A stretch of 64,000 nt of DNA from Thermodesulfobacteriota bacterium. Its GTDB lineage: Bacteria; Desulfobacterota_D; UBA1144; Nemesobacterales; UBA2774. The notes beneath the pieces are model-generated. The model saw only the letters and a program-made list of their open reading frames with translations. It was not told the DNA's origin and did not search any database. A program made the translations under genes and the position numbers. The DNA is taken from positions 2,528,001-2,592,000 of the forward strand of contig OZ244991.1 in NCBI GenBank assembly GCA_965223335.1. Direction: 5' to 3'. The stretch's first letter is position 1, and each line of letters begins with the position of its first letter. Positions 58,815 through 64,000 of the stretch are shown in pieces.

Positions 58815-58897
58815 TTGTTTTGCACCTAAAAGTGTACCACTGCTTTAATATACAGTGTGGTTTTTGTGCCACTCACAGCTAACTCACCGCAATTACA

Positions 58898-60172
58898 TCA
58901 AGGACTACACGTCACTCTATCACCGTCTATCTCACAACCTATAAGCTCTTCGCCCTCCACATCAAGAATGTTCATCTCCCACCTCTCCCCCTTCTGCTCC
59001 ATAAGCACAAACCCAAATTTATTATTAAGAACTATTGCTTCGTCCACCTTCTCTCCCCCGACCTCAACCCCCTTTAGTGGCCGAGTCACCGGGGGATCCA
59101 ACTCAGTCCCGCTCATGCCGATCACAAACTGAGGCTGGCGACCTCCCTCAAAAGTAAGCAGTTCAAACAGGTGTATATGAGCTGACAATACTATGCTTAT
59201 ACCCCCTCCCAGCGCATTCCCGCTCGAAGCCTGTAGGGTGTCGTTTATCATAAAGAGCCCACCCGAGTCCTCTCCTATGCCCCACATCGGATGATGAGTA
59301 ACCAGCCAGGCATTATTACCCGACTCGTTTTCCAAAGCCGCTATCTGCGATGAATAGACCTCTACCATATCTTTTGGCGCACTGTTGTCTTTCGCAGTCG
59401 ACGAGTCTAGCATCAACAACTTCACCGGACCGATATCTATCGCATAAGGAGGTGTAAAATCCTGACAGTTCTGGATAGGAGGGTTCGGGTCAAGGAACCT
59501 AAACCACCCCTTTCCCGAGCGGCTGCACTGTTCGTGGTTCCCTCTCGCGAATACCCACGGGGCTTGGCGAAGTAGCGCGTCTGCGGGCCCGAAAAAGTCA
59601 GCATCCCAAGTGGTGTAGTTATCCCCAAACGGCGACCCCTCACATCCCTTATCCTCCTTTGGGCACGGGTCTTCCCTATACAGATAGTCCCCTACATGTA
59701 CTACAAGGTCAGGTCCAAATGATGCTGCCCTCTCTGCTATCCTCTCAAACGGCCATGCCTGGGGATCGTTACACGACTGCGGCACGTCACCGGTTTCTAG
59801 CCGACAACCCGTGTCGGCAATTACCACCAATCTCTTGGGATTCTCTACAGGGAGCTTAAGTGCCCTCCCCTCTACCGATGCGCTTTCGGCACCCTTGGGA
59901 ATTAATATTTCACAAACCAGCACTGGAAAATCATTATCGGGCAAATGCCGCACCTCCATCTGCACCCCTACTCCATTTAGCCTAATTACCGGGCAGTTAT
60001 TCTTTTGAGTAATTACCCGAGCAAAACTCGCTCCATTCGGCCCCATCTGCACCCAGGACGATATAATCCCCAAGCTCTTAGTGCTGCTGCATGTGATGAG
60101 CCCAAGCACTGAGACTATACATAGAACTATAGACAACAATCTATAGAGATTCACAAGGTTGATTATAAACAA
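58898..60172 (-). CDS. Calcineurin-like metallophosphoesterase (exported)
   Basis: ADTG, HVGDYLY, RGNHE, THHP, AHIH; start uncertain. Confidence 0.88.
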   Translation of the reverse strand: MFIINLVNLYRLLSIVLCIVSVLGLITCSSTKSLGIISSWVQMGPNGASFARVITQKNNCPVIRLNGVGVQMEVRHLPDNDFPVLVCEILIPKGAESASVEGRALKLPVENPKRLVVIADTGCRLETGDVPQSCNDPQAWPFERIAERAASFGPDLVVHVGDYLYREDPCPKEDKGCEGSPFGDNYTTWDADFFGPADALLRQAPWVFARGNHEQCSRSGKGWFRFLDPNPPIQNCQDFTPPYAIDIGPVKLLMLDSSTAKDNSAPKDMVEVYSSQIAALENESGNNAWLVTHHPMWGIGEDSGGLFMINDTLQASSGNALGGGISIVLSAHIHLFELLTFEGGRQPQFVIGMSGTELDPPVTRPLKGVEVGGEKVDEAIVLNNKFGFVLMEQKGERWEMNILDVEGEELIGCEIDGDRVTCSP

Positions 60173-60366
60173 AAAAGAGCGGATATCATATAGCCTGTGT
60201 TAGTTAATTAGATACATCGATCGAGGAAAATAAAAAAGCAAAACACTGCAAAGAAATGGACTGATATATGGAACTAAAAAGTATAAATATAGGCTAGCCC
60301 TCATAGGACCTATTACGAGTCTGCAGAAGCGGTAGTTAGAGAATTGTTTTTAACAGCGGCTAATGC

Positions 60367-60528
60367 CTATCTCTCAAGAGATTTGGCATTGACGTCAACA
60401 TCAACCCTCTTCCATTTCCTGTCCCCGGTGTACCTCAAATAATTCCTTCTCTCCGGGGCCTTTGCATCCCTAACCCTTCTCCACTTTCTGTTACCCAGAT
60501 ATGTGAGAAAAGCTCTTCTTACAGCCAT
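60367..60528 (-). CDS. Small basic protein with an internal repeat, not in the ORF track
   Basis: MAVRRAFLTYLGNRKWRRVRDAKAPERRNYLRYTGDRKWKRVDVDVNAKSLER (53 aa). Confidence 0.55.
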   Translation of the reverse strand: MAVRRAFLTYLGNRKWRRVRDAKAPERRNYLRYTGDRKWKRVDVDVNAKSLER

Positions 60529-60614
60529 GGTTCACATCCCTATACCATCATTATAGACCATTGTGGGATTTCGATCCACTACTTTTTGCCTAGATTGTTA
60601 ACTGTGACTACAAC

Positions 60615-60902
60615 TTATTTATTCGACTCAGATGACTTTGACTCACCCTTTTCATAACCAGAACAGTAACCTGTATCAATATCACATTTTTCACCCTCTA
60701 GGAACTTGCCATTCAAGTTGCCGGCGCATGCATCGGGCGAGGACGGATACAGGCAACCCGGTGCCTCATCTACAAAAAACTGACAGCACCCCGAGGCACT
60801 CTGCCCTTCCTGTGCATCCGTATTGTTAGGTAGCACCAAATAAAAGAAACTAAATACCAAAAACCCTACAAACAATATTTTTACACTGTTATTTGAGTTC
60901 AT
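60615..60902 (-). CDS. Small secreted six-Cys protein
   Basis: Signal peptide, GCC..C..C..C..C; RBS AAGGAG. Confidence 0.7.
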   Translation of the reverse strand: MNSNNSVKILFVGFLVFSFFYLVLPNNTDAQEGQSASGCCQFFVDEAPGCLYPSSPDACAGNLNGKFLEGEKCDIDTGYCSGYEKGESKSSESNK

Positions 60903-61124
60903 TATCGGTCTCCTTATGCGAGGTAATATCCAATGCTATCACAAAGGCAGGTTGCTATCAATCAGACCTAGTTTTCAAATTCAAAAGCACTCTCAACTTA
61001 TCAGATCCAATAGGAACTTTATGATCAGAGCGTTCGAGATATCAACAAAGAAAGCCCCTACAATTGTTATCAGGTAACACAGTCTGCTATAATTTGATCA
61101 TCAATTTGTTTAGGACTACATTGA

Positions 61125-62339
61125 TTGGATATCGTACAGATTGCGACAAATTTACTTAAGGATATTCGCCTAGCCGGTTTCTTAGATATCGTGTTTGTCT
61201 CGGTTTTTATATATATGACCCTCGTACTTTTCAAGCAGTCCAAAGCAAGGTTTATTATTACCGGAGTATTAATTATATGTATTGTATATCTTGTTGCACA
61301 ACAGTTAAATCTAATTCTAACGACTTCAATCCTCCAGGCCTTTTTTGCCGTAATCTTGGTTGCTTTGATTGTCATTTTCCAGGAAGAAATAAGGCGCTTT
61401 TTTGAACATCTGGCCATTTGGGGCTTGCACCCAAAGATAAGAGCAAAGAAAACTTATGACCCCAATGAGAAGGATATTGAAATTCTTCAAGATACTCTCA
61501 CTGATTTAGCAAATGAAAAAATAGGGGCTTTGATCGTCATAAAAGGAAAAACAGATGTTTCAGGTCACCTTGAAGGCGGGCAGAACATAGAAGGAATACT
61601 GAGCGAGCCTCTACTTAAAAGCATATTTGACCCCCATTCCTCTGGCCACGATGGGGCAGTTCTTGTAGAAAAAGGAAGGGTTAAAGTATTCGGGACCCAT
61701 CTTCCACTTTCTAACAACTTTTCCCAGCTCAAGGATAGGGGGACACGCCATTCTGCAGCCCTAGGACTGTCGGAAGTCACAGACGCACTTTGTGTAGTCG
61801 TTTCCGAAGAGAGGGGAACAGTATCGTTCGCAAGAAACGGAGAACTAAAACAGATTGGCTTGGAACAACTCAAACTGAGCCTTGAAAACTATTATAATGA
61901 AATTTATCCTCCCGATAATAAAAAGTACCAACTCAATCTCTTCAGTAATTATAAAGAGAAATTTATTTCTGTATTGATGGCAGTCATACTTTGGTTTGTT
62001 TTTGTACACCAGTCGAAATTGATGTATAGAAGTTTCGAAGTACCTATAGAGCACGTTACATTGCCCTCTGGTTTAGAAGTTCGGGACATTAACCCCGATC
62101 ATCTAAAGGTCACGTTTGCGGGGTCAAGAAAAGATTTCTATTTTGTTAATGGTAATAAGATCAAATTATTATTGAAAATTTCAGACCCGAAGATAGGTAC
62201 GGAAAGGGTTGTTATCTCGGAGTCTAATATAGATTTTCCAAAGAGTGTTTCGCTGGAAAACTTTGAACCCAAAACAGTGACAGTACGAATTGAAAACAAA
62301 GTTTCGACAAGAAAACAAAGTGGTATTTCAGAAAAATAA
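61125..62339 (+). CDS. dacA: Diadenylate cyclase CdaA fused to a CdaR/YbbR-like domain
   Basis: Three N-terminal TMs, IFQEEIRR, IGALIV, HDGA, GTRHSAALG, VSEERG; then a TM and a YbbR-like beta domain. Confidence 0.9.
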   Translation: MDIVQIATNLLKDIRLAGFLDIVFVSVFIYMTLVLFKQSKARFIITGVLIICIVYLVAQQLNLILTTSILQAFFAVILVALIVIFQEEIRRFFEHLAIWGLHPKIRAKKTYDPNEKDIEILQDTLTDLANEKIGALIVIKGKTDVSGHLEGGQNIEGILSEPLLKSIFDPHSSGHDGAVLVEKGRVKVFGTHLPLSNNFSQLKDRGTRHSAALGLSEVTDALCVVVSEERGTVSFARNGELKQIGLEQLKLSLENYYNEIYPPDNKKYQLNLFSNYKEKFISVLMAVILWFVFVHQSKLMYRSFEVPIEHVTLPSGLEVRDINPDHLKVTFAGSRKDFYFVNGNKIKLLLKISDPKIGTERVVISESNIDFPKSVSLENFEPKTVTVRIENKVSTRKQSGISEK

Positions 62340-62363
62340 TATCACATTTAAGGGGTAACTATA

Positions 62364-63677
62364 ATGGAAACCAGTACGCCGTTATTGCCTTATGTGCAAA
62401 AGTTTTTTGAATACGATCCAATCACAGCTACTCATGCTCTAGAAACAATGGACGAACACGAAGCTGTCAAAATACTTTCGGTCCTTCCAACCTCAGTATC
62501 GATAAGTATATTCCACAGACTTAAAGTGGAACAGGCGGCTTTGTTGCTGGAAAAGGTTCCACCCGACACATTGAAGGAGATTGTTGGTCAGATGGAGCCT
62601 GAGCAGGGAGCTGCGATTTTTATACACATAGAAGATGAAATAAGAACAAAGTTGTTAGCGTATTTGTCCGATAAAGCTAAGAAAGAGATACAGGAGATAT
62701 TGACATATCCCCGGGGAAGTGTGGGGAGCATAATGACAACCAAATATGTGGCATTCCATAGCAACCTCAAAGTCCGTGATGCGGTTAATAAAATTCGTAA
62801 ACATGCACATTCTGAAGCCCCTCCCGCAAGTTATGTCTATATAATTGACGACGATTACCGCCTAGTGGGTGTTTTGAACATGTATGATCTTATGATAGCC
62901 GATGAGGATCAAACACTGGAAGCAATAATGATAAGAGATGCATTTAGTTTTAATGCGTTTAAAGATAGAGTAGATGCTGCTAATGAACTTGCAGAGCGAA
63001 AATATTTTGCCGCTCCGGTTGTAGATCACGAGAATCACCTTCTGGGAATAGTTAAAGCGGATCAACTTATTAGCAACGCACAGGAAGAAGCGGTGGCAGA
63101 TCTTCAGAAAATATTTGGTGTTAGCCCTGACGAGCACGCATTTTCCTCCACAATGTTTTCGCTCAAAAAAAGATTGCCCTGGTTACACATCAACCTGGTG
63201 ACGGCATTCATGGCCGGATCAGTTATAGCTTTGTTTGAGGGATTGATTGCAAAGATAACTGTACTGGCAATATTTCTACCTATTATAGCAGGACAAGGTG
63301 GCAACGCTGGCTCACAGTCGTTAGCTGTTGTGATGAGAGGACTTGTAATGCGTGAAATATCGCCTAGAGAAACACGAAAATTGATTTTCAAAGAAGGAAA
63401 GCTCGGCCTTATTAACGGTATTATAATAGGGCTAGTGACCGCATTGATAGCTTATCTATGGAAAGGAAACCCGTTTTTGGGCGTCGTAATAGGGCTTGCT
63501 ATGATCGTAAATCTTCTAGCAGCGGGGTTATCGGGGGCTTTTATTCCACTGGCACTGAAGTCGTTCGGATTGGACCCTGCTCAGTCCTCTGCAATTGTTC
63601 TTACTACAGTGACCGATATCATCGGATTTTTTGCATTTCTCGGATTTGCAATGATGTTCCAGAGTTATTTAGTTTAG
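62364..63677 (+). CDS. mgtE: Magnesium transporter MgtE
   Basis: CBS pair, RLPWL, GGNAGSQ, LDPA, TVTD. Confidence 0.95.
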   Translation: METSTPLLPYVQKFFEYDPITATHALETMDEHEAVKILSVLPTSVSISIFHRLKVEQAALLLEKVPPDTLKEIVGQMEPEQGAAIFIHIEDEIRTKLLAYLSDKAKKEIQEILTYPRGSVGSIMTTKYVAFHSNLKVRDAVNKIRKHAHSEAPPASYVYIIDDDYRLVGVLNMYDLMIADEDQTLEAIMIRDAFSFNAFKDRVDAANELAERKYFAAPVVDHENHLLGIVKADQLISNAQEEAVADLQKIFGVSPDEHAFSSTMFSLKKRLPWLHINLVTAFMAGSVIALFEGLIAKITVLAIFLPIIAGQGGNAGSQSLAVVMRGLVMREISPRETRKLIFKEGKLGLINGIIIGLVTALIAYLWKGNPFLGVVIGLAMIVNLLAAGLSGAFIPLALKSFGLDPAQSSAIVLTTVTDIIGFFAFLGFAMMFQSYLV

Positions 63678-63719
63678 TGAAAGAGGATTTGTTATCTTAG
63701 AACAAACAGCATTGTGTCC

Positions 63720-64000
63720 TTAGGTTTTTTTAACGTTCCTTTTAGCCAATTCCTGCATGTCTTCATGAATATCGAGCTCGTCTACAATCTCTTCGCCGAT
63801 TAATGACTCGATAATATCCTCTAAAGTCACGACGCCTGTATATTCATCATTGGAGTTTCTCACACAAAATAAATGTCGTCTTGTAACTATAAATCTATGA
63901 AGAAGCTCGTTTAAACGCATACTCTCAGAAACATTATCCGGTGCGATCATAATGTTTCTTAATGTTTTATCTGTGTCACCTTTTAGAAGCGCCATGGAAA
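63720..64000 (-). CDS. CBS-domain (CNNM/hemolysin-like) protein, 3' part
   Basis: GVVTLEDIIESLIGEEIVDELD; runs in from the window edge. Confidence 0.8.
   Translation of the reverse strand, partial: SMALLKGDTDKTLRNIMIAPDNVSESMRLNELLHRFIVTRRHLFCVRNSNDEYTGVVTLEDIIESLIGEEIVDELDIHEDMQELAKRNVKKT

Overview
A 64-kb gene-dense bacterial chromosome segment, with most genes on the minus strand and many lipoproteins. The gene content is reminiscent of Dadabacteria/Desulfobacterota, but that placement is inference only. From left to right it contains: (1) a clade II (Sec-type) nitrous-oxide reductase cluster (cyt c-nosZ-orf-nosB-nosD) behind a sigma54/IHF-type promoter; (2) polysaccharide-modification genes (asnB-like, sulfotransferase, SGNH, frameshifted flippase); (3) an AT-rich run of five unknown genes; (4) an unusual toxin-antitoxin locus, with a stand-alone RHH gene and a single-ORF HicA-HicB fusion each preceded by the same palindrome; (5) many periplasmic or lipoprotein hydrolases and unknowns, a UbiD decarboxylase and a multicopper oxidase; (6) a TetR-controlled desaturase-GH3-enolase-methyltransferase operon; (7) a CarH/LitR photoreceptor divergent from a fasciclin-sigma70-SDR-photolyase operon, with 11-bp repeat operators; (8) trkH preceded by a leader ORF ending in RSPP; (9) a three-gene block bounded by a duplicated gene 3' end; (10) a cdaA-cdaR fusion with mgtE. 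I saw no rRNA, tRNA, CRISPR array, transposase or integrase. All calls come from motif recognition by eye, with no database searches.
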